Shown: positions 1 to 11,184, counted from the first letter of the stretch. The stretch is DNA of 64,000 nt from an uncultured Planctomycetota bacterium (GCA_963841915.1 CAWJEN010000005.1:384001-448000); one strand, 5' to 3'. Notes: generated from the letters alone by a model not told the origin. Numbers and translations: made by a program.

Positions 1-123
1 ATCGATGGGCACCGTCTGAAGATTTGAGCCTGGCGCGCCGGTATCCGATGAAATGGATACGTCGCCCGTGGCCGAAGCGCGTTGTCCCACGCGCCACCGC
101 TGCCGCGACACCACCCGCACCTC

Positions 124-3100
124 ATGAGTTACACGAGCCGCCCTGCCCTTCGCCCCGACGCAACGCCTTTCGAGCAGCTCGAGGCCCGGCGGCTCATGAC
201 GAGCGTCGCCCTGCCTTTCACTCTCGACTTCGACACGGATGCAGGCGGGCTTAACGACAAGGACGGCACCGGAACCGGCTTCGACCGCACCCAGACCAAC
301 ACAGGCACCGCCTCCGACTTCGACGCCTCGCTCCTCGACATCGCAGGCGGCCGGCTCACCGTTGAAAGTCTCAGCGGTAACGACGGCACCAACAGCGGCT
401 CGATCAACACCCTCGTCAACGCCCTGCAGGTCGGCTTCGACGCCACCAGCTCCTTCGTCGTCGAGACTCGCATTCTTCCCGCAAGCGGCGACAGCAACCT
501 CGGCCAGCTCAACGCGACCTACGAACAGGCAGGTCTGCTCCTTGGTGCCGACGGTGACAACTGGGTCAAACTCGTCGCCCTCTACCACGACAACGGCCCG
601 TCGATTCAGTTCCTCGATGAGTTCGATGTCAGCGGCAACCTGACCAGCTCCGCCCCTTCGGGTGGCGGCCTCGTCGCCACAAACGCCTGGTCGACCGTCA
701 CGTCACTCGACCTCCGCATCGTCGGCGACCCGAGTGACGGCACGCTCAGCGCCAACTACCGCATCAACGACGGCTCGTGGCGGACCGTGCCGCACGAACT
801 GACCGTGCCGGCCGGCAAGCGGGCTGCCTTCTTCGCCAGCGAATCGACGGCAGGCGTCGTCGCCTTCCACCGCAACACGAGCCCGACCCGTGGGCTCACC
901 GTCGCCTTCGACAACTTCTCGATCGAGCGACCGGCGGTCGGCGTCGGTGAAGGCCCGAGCGTCGCTGCCGTCCGCCCGGCGGCGGGGACGAGCAACGTCA
1001 ACCGCGACGCCTTTGTGGCCGTCGATGTCGTTCTGCCCAGCGGCGCGATCGATCCTTCGACCGTCACGCCGAGCGTCGTCTTCCTGCTCGACAATTCCAC
1101 CGGCCAAGTCGTGCCATCGAGCACGACGGTCAGCGGTGGCGGCGACGCGATCACGCTCACGCCGACCGGCCTGCTTAAGGCCAACACGTCGTACACGTTC
1201 CAGATCACGGATGCCGTTCAGGACGTCAACGGCAACGCGTTCACCGCCTACCAGGGTGCATTTACGACCGGCAGTGCGGTTGCAGAGTCGCTGCCCCAGG
1301 TCGCCTTCGAGCAGACGCCGCAGAGCGGCACGGTCGGCACCGCCTGGACAGGCGTGACGTTCGGCCCCGACGGCAAGCTCTACGCCGTCACCGCTGACGG
1401 CGAAGTGCACCGCTTCGGCATCAACGCCAGTGGCAGCCTCACGGCCGGCACCTTGCTCGCCAGCCTCACCGAAAGCGACGGCACGACGCCACGGCTCATC
1501 ACCGGTCTCGTCTTCGACAACTCGCAAGGCACGCTCACCGCCTACGTCAGCCACGGCGCGTACATCGACCCCGGTGATGACACCGACCGAACCGCCCCCG
1601 AATGGAGCGGCAAGATCACGCGCCTCAGTGGTGCGAACCTGGAGAACGAGCTCGACGTCATCGTCGGCCTGCCACGCAGCGTCTACGACCACCTCAACAA
1701 CCAGCCGATCTTCGGCCCCGACGGCAGGCTCTACGTCGTCTCGCCGAGCAATTCGGCCATGGGTGCGCCCGACAACACCTGGGGCAACCGTCCGGAGCAA
1801 CTGCTCTCGGCGGCAGTTCTGGCCATGGATGTTCGGTCCATCAGCAGCACGCTCGACGTCCAAACCGCTGACGGCGGTACGTACGACCCGTACGCCAGCG
1901 GCGCAAAAGTCACGCTCTACGCGACCGGCGTCCGCAACGCGTACGACCTCGTCTGGACGGCAGGCGGACACCTCTACGCCCCGGCCAACGGCAGCGCGGC
2001 AGGTGGCAACACGCCGACCGATCCCGATCAGGCCAACACCGCCATCTTCGGCGTCAACGAAACGCAGCACGACCTGCTCTACCGCATCGTGCCGGGCGGC
2101 TACTACGGCCACCCCAACCCGCTCCGCGGCGAGTACATCCTGGCAGGCGGTAACCCGACAAATGCCGTCGACGCCAACCAGGTCAGTCAGTACCCCGTGG
2201 GCACCCTGCCCGAGCCCAACTACCAGGGCTTTGCCCATGACTTCGGCCTGAACGTCAGTCCAAACGGTGCGATTCAGTACGACTCCAACGGCGCTCACTT
2301 CAACGGTGCGCTCGACGGCAAACTGGCGGTCGTCCGCTTCAGCGGTGGTGACGATCTCATGTTCCTCAGCGTCGACGAGGCCACGGGCGCGATCACGCAG
2401 TCGTTTGCTGGCAGCTTCGGCGCCGGTGGTCTCAGTGACCCGCTCGACGTCGCACAAGATCCGGCGACCGGCTTCCTCTACGTCGTCGAGGCCGGCTTCC
2501 GCACCAACGGCGGTGACCTGCAGCTCACGCTGCTCAAGCCCATCCAGGCGGCGCCGCTGACGGTCACGTCGCCCGCCCGCGACTATGGCAACGGTGCGTC
2601 ACTCTTCTTCAGCTCGGTGGGCGGAACGACGGGCACCGACGCGCTGACGATCAACCTCGCCCACGGCGGTGGTGGTGGAACCGTCGCTTTCCCAGACGAT
2701 GCCGTCGTCATCCGCGGGACCGACGCCAGTCGCTTCCGCATCGTCAGCGGTGACCCGGCAGGCACGACCCTTGCCACCGGGCAGTCGAGCAACCTGCTCA
2801 TCGACTTCGACGCGCCCTCCGTCGGCCTCTTCGACGCAGAACTCGTCATCAAGAGCAACGACCCCAGCGTGCCCGAACGCGTCATCCGCCTGCGCGGCCT
2901 CGGCACCGCGGGCGAAGGTGGCAACCTCGAGCCGTCCCTGCAGCGCGTGCTCGATCTGTACGAACTGCAGGTCAACGTCGCCGACCCTGACCCGGCGACG
3001 ACGGACTACCCGCAACAGAAGAATGTCACCGGCAGTGACGAGATCCTCGCCCAGCTCTTTGAAAAGGCAGGCACCGGTAGCGTCACGATCGAGCTGCTGG

Positions 3101-6100
3101 CCAGCCTCGGCACGGCCAACAGCAACGGCTTCAGCAACACGTCTGCCGTGTCGTGGTACACCGACGGCAACAGCGGGTCGGCGACGCAGCTCTTCACCAT
3201 CGCCAAGGCCGATGCCCAGACGGTGCAGGTCGCGCCCAGCGGTTCGCTCAGCTTCAACCCGGGCTCCAGCGAGTTCGGCTTGACCGCCCGCTTCTTCGAC
3301 TTCGACAGCGGCAACCGTCGTGTCTACCAGCAGGACGACCTCAACACCTATGAGGCCAACGCAGACGAACAACGCAAGCTTCGCCTGTTCCCGCTGCTCG
3401 ACGCGAATGGCAACAGCGTCGCCAACGCCTACGTCTTTGCCTTCGAGGAGTGGGACCAGGCGACGGATCAGAACGACATCGTCGGCATCATCCGCAACGT
3501 CAGTCCGGTGGGCGTCAACGCGACGGTCTCGCTCGTCAACGCCGAGCACCCGGTCTTCGGCAGCAACCTGACGATGCACCGCATCGACAACGTCGACAGC
3601 GTTGTCGGCAACAAGGTGCGTGACGAAGCGACGCTGCTGTTTACGAACGAAGGGGCAAGCGACCTGCAGATCACCGGTGTCTCGCTCGACTCGCCTGACT
3701 TCATTATCGTCTCCGGCGGTGAATCGGGAACGCTTACGGCAGGGGCGACGCGGTCAATTACGGTCCGCTTCGTCTACAGCGATCCGTTCAACAACAGCAC
3801 GGCCCCCGGTGGGCAGCCGCGGATGATCGACCGGGTCGTCAAGACCGGCAACCTCATCGTCGCCACCAACGACACCGACGAGCCCAACAAGGTCGCCCGC
3901 GTCGGTGGCATCTGGCAGAGCCACAGCGAAGAAGGCAACACCGGCACGAGTCAGGAGCCGGTGCTGAACGAGCTCGTCGCCGCCTTCGGCTGGGACATCG
4001 ACGTCGGGCCGTTCACCGGCTTGTCCAACTACGACACCGGCCAAAACACCCAAGGCCAGCGGATCGCCATCGGTGAAGAAGTGCTCAGCGACTTCTGGTT
4101 CAAGACCGGCAGCAACGTCGAGGTGCTCCAGATCGCAGCGTTCCACCAGCAGCGTGACCCGCAGTGGAACGGCACCGGCTCGCCTCGCTACGTGCCCAAC
4201 ACGACCTTCCGCTGGTACAACACGACCGGCGGATACAACCAGGTCTTCAAGCACGACGCCGACTACGGCCAGTCGATCCTGCCGCTCATCGACGGCGAAA
4301 GTGGCCTGTCGTACGGCACGTTCAACCCCGGCACCGGCAGCTTCGGTGTCAGCGTCGACCAGACCTGGAACTCCGACCGCACCCGAAACGGCCAGAACGC
4401 CCACGCGTTCCGCTTCTTCGCCCTCAAGGACAGTGACGGCAACATCATTCCCGGTGCCTACCTCGCCGCAGAGGACAACGCAGGCACCGGTGACGGCACA
4501 CAAGCGGGTAACGGTTCCAACTACGACTATCAGGACAACGTCTACGTCCTGACCGGCGTCCGACCGGCAGAAGGCCCGACGGCCATTGAAAGCCTCGCCG
4601 CCAACGGCACATCAGGCGGCGTCAGCCTCACCTGGAATGCCAGCAGCGAAGGCAACGTCACGCAATACCGCGTCGCCCGGGCCACGGCTGTCAACGGCAC
4701 GTACAGCACGATCGCCACCGTCGACTCGCCCGACTACGTCGATGCTTCTGCCGTCGCAGGGACCCAGTACTTCTACCGCGTCAACGCCCTCGACTACCAC
4801 AACACGATCGGCGCGTCGGCCACCAGCGTCAGCGCCACCCGGCCCGTCGGCGGCTCGGCACCGACCGCACCGTCAGCCCTCGCCGCCACGGCCAACTCCA
4901 CCGACAGCGTCTCGCTCGCCTGGACCGACAACAGCGGCGACGAAACCGGCTTCAAAGTCCTTCGCAACATCGGCGGGGGCAGCTACAGCCTCATCGCCAC
5001 CCTCGGCAGCAATATCACCAGCTACGTCGACAGTACCGTCGACGGCGGCACGAGCTACGGCTACCGCGTCGTCGCCACCAACGCCAACGGCGACAGCGGC
5101 TTTGCCTCGGCCAGCGTCAGTACGCCAGACGACCTCTCTGCCGCCGTCAACCTCAGCGCGACGGCGACGGCATTTAACACCGTCAACCTCACCTGGGCAG
5201 ACACCAGCGACAACGAAACCGGCTTCCGCGTCGAACGCAACGGCGGCATGGGCTTCACCGTCGTCGGCACCACGTCGCCCGACGCACAGTCTTTCACCGA
5301 CACCACCGCCAGCGGCGCGACGACGTATACCTACCGCCTCGTCACCCTCGGCGACAACGCCACCGTCGGTGGCACGAGCGCGACCGCCAGCGTCACCACG
5401 CCCGCTAATCCGAGCAACGTCGACGCGCCCACCAACGCCCGCGCCACGAGCGTCGGCCACGCCAGCGTCGCCCTCGCCTGGGATCACGTCGGCACGAACG
5501 TCACCGGCTTCGAGGTCAAGCGAAACAACGTCGTCATCGCCACCCTCGCCAGCGGCTCGACCCGCAGCTACACCGACAACACCGTCTCGCCGCAAACGTC
5601 GTACAGCTACGTCGTCACGGCCCTCAACGGCTCGTTCCGCAGCAGTGGTTCGTCGGCTGTTTCGGTGACAACCACGGCCGACCCGGCCGTTTTAACCGCG
5701 CCCGGCAGCTTCACCGCCACGCCTATCTCGCGGACGCAGGTCGACCTCGACTGGAACGCGGTCAGCAACGCCAGCTTCTACGTCGTCGAGCGTCGCCTGG
5801 CCAACACGTCGACGTTCAGCGTGCTGTCGAACGCAGTCCCTGCGTCGCAGACCGACTACGTCGACAACACCGTCGCCGCCGGCACGACGTACGTCTATCG
5901 CGTCCGCGCCCGCAACGCCGCCAATCCGTCGAGCGGGCCTTACAGCACGACGACCGCCTCGACGCCTTCCGCCGATGCCATCGTCTTTACCGAGATCGGC
6001 AGTGCGACCGGCTCGTTCACCGGCACCGCCGCCGACTTCACGCTCGCCGCCACCGGCACGTCCGACGCGACCGACCTCGGCAGCGACGACGACATCGGCT

Positions 6101-8133
6101 TCGCAGGCCGCATCTTCGTCGGTGACTTCGATGTCGCCATTCTCCTCGACTCCTTCACCAAGGCCGACAGCGCTTCTGCCGCGGGCCTGATGGTGCGGGC
6201 CGACCTGTCCGACACCGCCACCAACGTCTTCCTCCGCACGAGCGGCCAAGTCGCGATGAGCTGGCGTGACACGACCGGTGCCGAAACGCGTGCACCGACC
6301 GGTGCCCAGAACGCACCGTCGCCGACGCACCTCCGCCTGGTTCGAGACGGCAATGTCTTCACCGGCCTCACGTCGGCCGACGGCATGAACTGGACGACCG
6401 TCGCAACCAGCAGTTCCATCCCGATGGGCGCCAGCGTCCACGTCGGTGCTGCCATCGCCAGCTACTCGACGAGCAGCTCGACCGCCAGCTTCAGCGACTT
6501 CGGCACCTATCAGCAGCAACCACCCGTCGCCCCGACCGGCTTTGCCGTCACGACGACGGCCGGCACGCGACTCACCTGGACCGACGCCTCGCCCAATGAA
6601 ACGGGCTTCCGCGTCGAGCGTCGCGTCAGCGGCGGCACGTTTGCCACGATCGCCACCCTCGACGCCGGCTCGACCGCCTACACCGACGCGGCCACATCGC
6701 CGGGCGTCACGTACGACTGGCGGGTCGTCGCCTTCAATGCCGCCGGCTCCAACGCCAGTGCGGTCGTGACGAAGACGACGCCCGATAACCGACCCGCCGC
6801 CCCGGGTGACGGCACGGCCCCTGTCGCCACTCCACCGCCGGCCGACGTGGTCGTGCCCGACGGCAACCGCATCGGATGGGTCGCAACCACCGGTGACGCC
6901 GACGGCTACGTCGTCCAACGCCGCGTCGGCTCGGGCGAGTGGATCACCGTCGCCAGCGTCGGCCCCGACGGCACCGCACTTCGTGACGGCACCGCACAGC
7001 CGGGCGTCACCTACCAGTACCGCGTCGCCGCCTTTAACAGCGACGGCATCGGTGAGGCCACCACGCCAACCACCGTCGTCACGCCCGCCGCCCCGGTCGC
7101 AACCGCCGCCGACGTCGCCGTCCGTCGCACGCCCGGTGGTGTGGTCGTCAGCTTCGACACGAACGGCGAAAATGCCATCGTCCAACGCCGCGTCAGTGAC
7201 GAGTGGCTCACGCTCACCAACGGCGCCACCGGCACGTTCGTCGACAGCGGCGCACCCGTCGGCAGCCGCATCGAGTACCGCGTGCGGCCGGTCCTGGGCA
7301 GCACGTTCTCCGCGCCCGTCGTCCTCGCCGCCGACGCACCGGCGAGCGATCCGACGTCCAGCAACCTCGGCGATGCCTCCGGCAGCGTCACGTTCATCCG
7401 CGGGTTCGAGCACATGAACGTCACCGCCACCGGCGGCGACGTCTGGAGCTTCGAGGACGGCGCCGTCTTTGCCGGCCTCGATCTAACCGGTGACTTCGAC
7501 GTCGCCAGCCGCGTCTTTGCCACCGGCGACAACGGCTCGTCGGCCGGGCTGATGGTCCGGGCCAGCGACGCACCCGAAGCGCCAAACGTCTTTGTCAGTC
7601 GTCGCGGCAACAGCGTGTCGATGACGCACCGCCAGCGATCCAGCGGCCAATCCGCCACCGCCGCCGCGGTGTCGACCGACGCCTCCTGGCTACGCCTGGC
7701 CCGTCGCGGCGACACCGTCTACACACTCACCAGCGTCGACGGCACGACGTGGACTCGCCTCGGTAACGTCAACGTCGAACGGCTCGGCGACACCGTCCGC
7801 GTCGGCGTCGCCGCCGCCGGTGGCGTCGCCTCGACCGACGCCAGCGTCGACGCCCGCTTCCGAGAGTTCCGCCACCTTGACGCCACCGCAGGCCCCGACA
7901 CCCTCACGGCCGACAAGGTCGCCGGGGGCATCAGCCTCACCTGGCCCGCCGCTGGGACGTCGCTCTTCCACACGCTCGAACGTCGCGATCCCGACGGCGG
8001 TTGGGTCGTCCTGGCTCGGCCGACGAACGGCATGTTCCTCGACACGACCGCGGCCACCGGCGTCAGCTACGTCTACCGCGTCGCCGCCGAGTCAGGCCGC
8101 GCCACCGCCTCGACGCTACCGATCATCGCATGA
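124..8133 (+). CDS. Giant secreted/surface protein: Planctomycete extracellular N-terminus, Ig-like domain, sugar dehydrogenase-like beta-propeller, multiple FN3 repeats, DUF1349-like lectin domains
   Basis: 2683-aa ORF (ATG at 124 preferred over TTG at 82). FEQLEARRLM motif; YATGVRNAYDL and GGYYGHP propeller motifs; repeated L-x-W-x-D-x-S-x-x-E-x-G-F...Y-x-Y-R-V FN3 signatures; AGLMVR...LRLxRxG domains twice. Confidence 0.8.
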   Translation: MSYTSRPALRPDATPFEQLEARRLMTSVALPFTLDFDTDAGGLNDKDGTGTGFDRTQTNTGTASDFDASLLDIAGGRLTVESLSGNDGTNSGSINTLVNALQVGFDATSSFVVETRILPASGDSNLGQLNATYEQAGLLLGADGDNWVKLVALYHDNGPSIQFLDEFDVSGNLTSSAPSGGGLVATNAWSTVTSLDLRIVGDPSDGTLSANYRINDGSWRTVPHELTVPAGKRAAFFASESTAGVVAFHRNTSPTRGLTVAFDNFSIERPAVGVGEGPSVAAVRPAAGTSNVNRDAFVAVDVVLPSGAIDPSTVTPSVVFLLDNSTGQVVPSSTTVSGGGDAITLTPTGLLKANTSYTFQITDAVQDVNGNAFTAYQGAFTTGSAVAESLPQVAFEQTPQSGTVGTAWTGVTFGPDGKLYAVTADGEVHRFGINASGSLTAGTLLASLTESDGTTPRLITGLVFDNSQGTLTAYVSHGAYIDPGDDTDRTAPEWSGKITRLSGANLENELDVIVGLPRSVYDHLNNQPIFGPDGRLYVVSPSNSAMGAPDNTWGNRPEQLLSAAVLAMDVRSISSTLDVQTADGGTYDPYASGAKVTLYATGVRNAYDLVWTAGGHLYAPANGSAAGGNTPTDPDQANTAIFGVNETQHDLLYRIVPGGYYGHPNPLRGEYILAGGNPTNAVDANQVSQYPVGTLPEPNYQGFAHDFGLNVSPNGAIQYDSNGAHFNGALDGKLAVVRFSGGDDLMFLSVDEATGAITQSFAGSFGAGGLSDPLDVAQDPATGFLYVVEAGFRTNGGDLQLTLLKPIQAAPLTVTSPARDYGNGASLFFSSVGGTTGTDALTINLAHGGGGGTVAFPDDAVVIRGTDASRFRIVSGDPAGTTLATGQSSNLLIDFDAPSVGLFDAELVIKSNDPSVPERVIRLRGLGTAGEGGNLEPSLQRVLDLYELQVNVADPDPATTDYPQQKNVTGSDEILAQLFEKAGTGSVTIELLASLGTANSNGFSNTSAVSWYTDGNSGSATQLFTIAKADAQTVQVAPSGSLSFNPGSSEFGLTARFFDFDSGNRRVYQQDDLNTYEANADEQRKLRLFPLLDANGNSVANAYVFAFEEWDQATDQNDIVGIIRNVSPVGVNATVSLVNAEHPVFGSNLTMHRIDNVDSVVGNKVRDEATLLFTNEGASDLQITGVSLDSPDFIIVSGGESGTLTAGATRSITVRFVYSDPFNNSTAPGGQPRMIDRVVKTGNLIVATNDTDEPNKVARVGGIWQSHSEEGNTGTSQEPVLNELVAAFGWDIDVGPFTGLSNYDTGQNTQGQRIAIGEEVLSDFWFKTGSNVEVLQIAAFHQQRDPQWNGTGSPRYVPNTTFRWYNTTGGYNQVFKHDADYGQSILPLIDGESGLSYGTFNPGTGSFGVSVDQTWNSDRTRNGQNAHAFRFFALKDSDGNIIPGAYLAAEDNAGTGDGTQAGNGSNYDYQDNVYVLTGVRPAEGPTAIESLAANGTSGGVSLTWNASSEGNVTQYRVARATAVNGTYSTIATVDSPDYVDASAVAGTQYFYRVNALDYHNTIGASATSVSATRPVGGSAPTAPSALAATANSTDSVSLAWTDNSGDETGFKVLRNIGGGSYSLIATLGSNITSYVDSTVDGGTSYGYRVVATNANGDSGFASASVSTPDDLSAAVNLSATATAFNTVNLTWADTSDNETGFRVERNGGMGFTVVGTTSPDAQSFTDTTASGATTYTYRLVTLGDNATVGGTSATASVTTPANPSNVDAPTNARATSVGHASVALAWDHVGTNVTGFEVKRNNVVIATLASGSTRSYTDNTVSPQTSYSYVVTALNGSFRSSGSSAVSVTTTADPAVLTAPGSFTATPISRTQVDLDWNAVSNASFYVVERRLANTSTFSVLSNAVPASQTDYVDNTVAAGTTYVYRVRARNAANPSSGPYSTTTASTPSADAIVFTEIGSATGSFTGTAADFTLAATGTSDATDLGSDDDIGFAGRIFVGDFDVAILLDSFTKADSASAAGLMVRADLSDTATNVFLRTSGQVAMSWRDTTGAETRAPTGAQNAPSPTHLRLVRDGNVFTGLTSADGMNWTTVATSSSIPMGASVHVGAAIASYSTSSSTASFSDFGTYQQQPPVAPTGFAVTTTAGTRLTWTDASPNETGFRVERRVSGGTFATIATLDAGSTAYTDAATSPGVTYDWRVVAFNAAGSNASAVVTKTTPDNRPAAPGDGTAPVATPPPADVVVPDGNRIGWVATTGDADGYVVQRRVGSGEWITVASVGPDGTALRDGTAQPGVTYQYRVAAFNSDGIGEATTPTTVVTPAAPVATAADVAVRRTPGGVVVSFDTNGENAIVQRRVSDEWLTLTNGATGTFVDSGAPVGSRIEYRVRPVLGSTFSAPVVLAADAPASDPTSSNLGDASGSVTFIRGFEHMNVTATGGDVWSFEDGAVFAGLDLTGDFDVASRVFATGDNGSSAGLMVRASDAPEAPNVFVSRRGNSVSMTHRQRSSGQSATAAAVSTDASWLRLARRGDTVYTLTSVDGTTWTRLGNVNVERLGDTVRVGVAAAGGVASTDASVDARFREFRHLDATAGPDTLTADKVAGGISLTWPAAGTSLFHTLERRDPDGGWVVLARPTNGMFLDTTAATGVSYVYRVAAESGRATASTLPIIA

Positions 8134-8139
8134 CGCCGC

Positions 8140-9333
8140 TCACCAGTTCGTGAATCCGCCGTCGCTGCGGTGAAAGGTCGGGCATTCCCACGGTTCGTAC
8201 GGGTGGTGCTTCAACGCCGCCTCATCGACCTCGATGCCGAGGCCCGGGCCGTCGGGTACCGTGTAGCACGTCCCATCGAGGCGCGGGCGAACCGGGATCA
8301 CATCGTCTGACATGAAGGCGACGCGTTCCGTCGGTGCCTCGCGGGTTTCAAGGCAAGCAAAGTTCGACACCGCCGCCGCGAGGTGCACGCTCGCGGCCGT
8401 CGCGATCGCCCCGAGCGGGTTGTGCGGCATGAGGTCGACATAGTGCGTCTCTGCCATGGCCGCAACTTTCTTCGCCTCCGTCAGACCGCCCACGTTGCAG
8501 ACATCGAGCCGGCAATAGGCCGACAAGCCTTGTTCCAGGAACGGCGCAAACTCCCACTTGCTCGGCAACTCCTCGCCGATCGCAAAAGGGATCGGCGTCA
8601 GTGTCCGCAGGTGCGCGTACGCCGCCGGTGACTGCGTGCGGATCGGCTCTTCGAGATAATCGAGTGTGCCGGCCGGCATGCGCTGACAGAACTGCGCCGC
8701 CTCGGCAACCGACAGGCGGCTGTGGTAGTCGATGCCGAGCTCGAAGTCGTGGCCGCACGCATCACGGATGGCGACCATGAGCGCCGCCGTCGGGCTGATC
8801 GAATCACGCGGGTCATAGGTCGCCCGCTGGTGATTGGCCGTCCCCGTCGGGGCCGGCTCCGTACCGGCCGGCAGGATCGGATACGCCCGAATCGACCGCC
8901 ACCCTGCCTCGCGCAGCATCTGCACCTCCTCGATCACCGACGCCTGATCGGTCGCGACGGTACTGGCAAAGGTCGGCACGCGGTCGCGTTGCTTGCCACC
9001 GAGGAGCTGGTAGACCGGCACGTTCAGGTGCTTGCCGACGAGGTCATGCAACGCGATGTCAATGGCAGCGATGGCGGCGGACAAGATGTTGCCGCCCTCG
9101 AAGTACTGCCCGCGATACAGGTCCTGCCAGATCGCGCCGATCTGCATCGCGTCGCGTCCGACAAGGCGGGCGGCGTAGTGCTCGATCGCACCAGCCACGG
9201 CATACTCGCGCGACGAGATCCCCGACTCGCCCCACCCGTGCAGGTCGCCGGCAGTGACCTTGACCAGAAGCTGATTACGATGCCCGATGCGGGCAGGAAA
9301 AGCCTCGACGCCAGTGATGGGAAGCGGTTGCAC
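8140..9333 (-). CDS. Mandelate racemase/muconate lactonizing enzyme family protein (acid-sugar dehydratase, DgoD-like)
   Basis: GWGE, AIDIALHDLVGK..VPVYQLLGG, DYH, EEP, GEE, PHNPLG and PGLGIE motifs. Confidence 0.85.
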   Translation of the reverse strand: MQPLPITGVEAFPARIGHRNQLLVKVTAGDLHGWGESGISSREYAVAGAIEHYAARLVGRDAMQIGAIWQDLYRGQYFEGGNILSAAIAAIDIALHDLVGKHLNVPVYQLLGGKQRDRVPTFASTVATDQASVIEEVQMLREAGWRSIRAYPILPAGTEPAPTGTANHQRATYDPRDSISPTAALMVAIRDACGHDFELGIDYHSRLSVAEAAQFCQRMPAGTLDYLEEPIRTQSPAAYAHLRTLTPIPFAIGEELPSKWEFAPFLEQGLSAYCRLDVCNVGGLTEAKKVAAMAETHYVDLMPHNPLGAIATAASVHLAAAVSNFACLETREAPTERVAFMSDDVIPVRPRLDGTCYTVPDGPGLGIEVDEAALKHHPYEPWECPTFHRSDGGFTNW

Positions 9334-9342
9334 GCCGCATTG

Positions 9343-10146
9343 TTAGCGGTCTGCCTGCTCTGCCGCGGCCTGCTTTGCAGCAGTCAACAACGGCTCGGGC
9401 ATGCCGGTCGGCCAGAGATCCTGGGGCGTGTAGCCGAGCCTGTCCCAGAAGGTGTCGCTGCCGTTGCAGTCGGCGAAGCCCGCGCCGATGGCGTCGGCGA
9501 CGGCGAATCCGTCAAACTCGGCCGTGATGGCGGCCAAGAAGAATCGGCCGCAGTCGTCGGGGCTCAAGTACGCCCCTCTGCCGCCAGGGTGCACGGCCTG
9601 CCGCGTGGCCTGACTGACGTCACGCGGGATCCAGCCGATCCTGGCCGACAGGACAGAGACGTTGTTCATGCGGGCGTGCATCTCACCGGCTGTTTCCGCC
9701 CAGGCCTTCGTCAGGCCGTAGGCGTTGCATGGTGCGACAACGCCCGGCCGCGTCGGGATGACGCCGTCGGAAAACTGCTCACGCCTGAGCCCGGTCCGGA
9801 CGTGCCCGGAGCTGCCTAGCACGATCCGCGGCACCTCGTGCTTCCGGGCAGCGTCAAACAAGCGCATGACACCGACGATGTTGGGGTCGAGCAGCTCGGT
9901 GTAGAAGTCGGCATCCGCCCGCGGACAGGCGGCCAGGTGGATGATCGCATTCATGGTGGCGACCGCCGCATCAAGATCACCGGCCGCAGCCAAGTCGCCG
10001 ATGACGGCTTCGTCGACGTCACCGGTATCGTTCAAGTCGAAGCCGCGGACGAACCAGCCCGCGCTCCGCAGCCGCGGACACGTTGCCCGTCCCAGCACCC
10101 CCGCCGCCCCCGTGACCAGCACTCGCCGTTGCGTCGTGTGTGACAT
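9343..10146 (-). CDS. NAD-dependent epimerase/dehydratase (uronate dehydrogenase-like SDR)
   Basis: VLVTGAAGVLG Rossmann motif, IIHLAA, YGLTK catalytic YxxxK, RIG. Confidence 0.8.
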   Translation of the reverse strand: MSHTTQRRVLVTGAAGVLGRATCPRLRSAGWFVRGFDLNDTGDVDEAVIGDLAAAGDLDAAVATMNAIIHLAACPRADADFYTELLDPNIVGVMRLFDAARKHEVPRIVLGSSGHVRTGLRREQFSDGVIPTRPGVVAPCNAYGLTKAWAETAGEMHARMNNVSVLSARIGWIPRDVSQATRQAVHPGGRGAYLSPDDCGRFFLAAITAEFDGFAVADAIGAGFADCNGSDTFWDRLGYTPQDLWPTGMPEPLLTAAKQAAAEQADR

Positions 10147-10218
10147 CGTCGGTAGTCGTATGTCCGATCTGTCCCGTCAGAGCATTTGCGTGTGGTAGCC
10201 GCGGGGTCGCAAGGGGGC

Positions 10219-10878
10219 TTACTCCTGCGACTCGATCGGCTCGACGGGCAGTTGCAACTCGTACCACCGCATCTTGATCGGGACGTAGGGCCCGTTGTAC
10301 CCCAGCAGACGCGGGCCGCCGGTAACCTGGTATCGGCCATCCTCTTGGATCCACGCCTCGAGTTGAGCCTGCAGGTTGCCGAGTTGATCGCGATCGTCTG
10401 GGCCGTTGAAGCCGACCGAAAGGACGGTCATGGCCTCGGTGTCGATGACGCGGACATTGTCTTCTGCCTCGCCGGTCGGCCCGAGGTCGGTCGAGCGGTA
10501 GAGGAACTGCATCGTGCCGCCCTCAGCGTCGGCGTCGCCTGCCATGCGGCCTTCCATTACAACCGGTGCGGTCATGGCAATCTCGCGCTGCTGGATGTGG
10601 CGGAACAGCGGGAAAAACGCGCCGCGATCGGTCTCGCCACCGTGGATGGCGGCGCGGACGGACGGGTAATGCTTGAGCTCCATCGCGCCGGGCGGCGTCG
10701 GAGCGGGGTAACCGACGGGCAGCGGCGTATCGATGACCGACATGCCGGCCTTGTAATAGGTGTCGCCGTCCTTCTTCATCTCGACGAGTTCCGCCGCCTC
10801 ACCGCCGACACGTTCGACAGCAGGTTGTGTGGCAGGTGACATGAGGGCGAGGACAACGACGGCGGCGGACACTGACAT
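10219..10878 (-). CDS. SOUL heme-binding family protein, secreted
   Basis: Signal peptide; FFPLFRHI..IAMTAPV, MQFLY and LLGYNGP motifs. Confidence 0.8.
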   Translation of the reverse strand: MSVSAAVVVLALMSPATQPAVERVGGEAAELVEMKKDGDTYYKAGMSVIDTPLPVGYPAPTPPGAMELKHYPSVRAAIHGGETDRGAFFPLFRHIQQREIAMTAPVVMEGRMAGDADAEGGTMQFLYRSTDLGPTGEAEDNVRVIDTEAMTVLSVGFNGPDDRDQLGNLQAQLEAWIQEDGRYQVTGGPRLLGYNGPYVPIKMRWYELQLPVEPIESQE

Positions 10879-11110
10879 GTGCTTAATTTATCACGACGGT
10901 CGAATGACCAGAAGGAGCAAACCGGCGGTCGTCGTAGCTTTCAAGCGGTTTGACTGCGCCGCCGCGGCCGCGACGGCGCAATGCTGTAACGCACACGCCG
11001 GTGCAGGACCCCGTGCCAAAAGGCCCGGCCGGATGACGCCGAATTGGATCGTCCTGCACGATTTAGACACGTCGGCCGACGACCCGCCGACGCAGTGGCG
11101 GGCTTGAGAT

Positions 11111-11126
11111 TGTTCCACGTGGAACA
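11111..11126. promoter_or_regulatory. parS site
   Basis: Perfect palindrome TGTTCCACGTGGAACA matching the chromosomal parS consensus. Confidence 0.85.
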
Positions 11127-11184
11127 TTCTGCGCCCTCTCCGGACGACAAAACCCTCGCCACGACCCGCCGATGGGGCTCGAGA

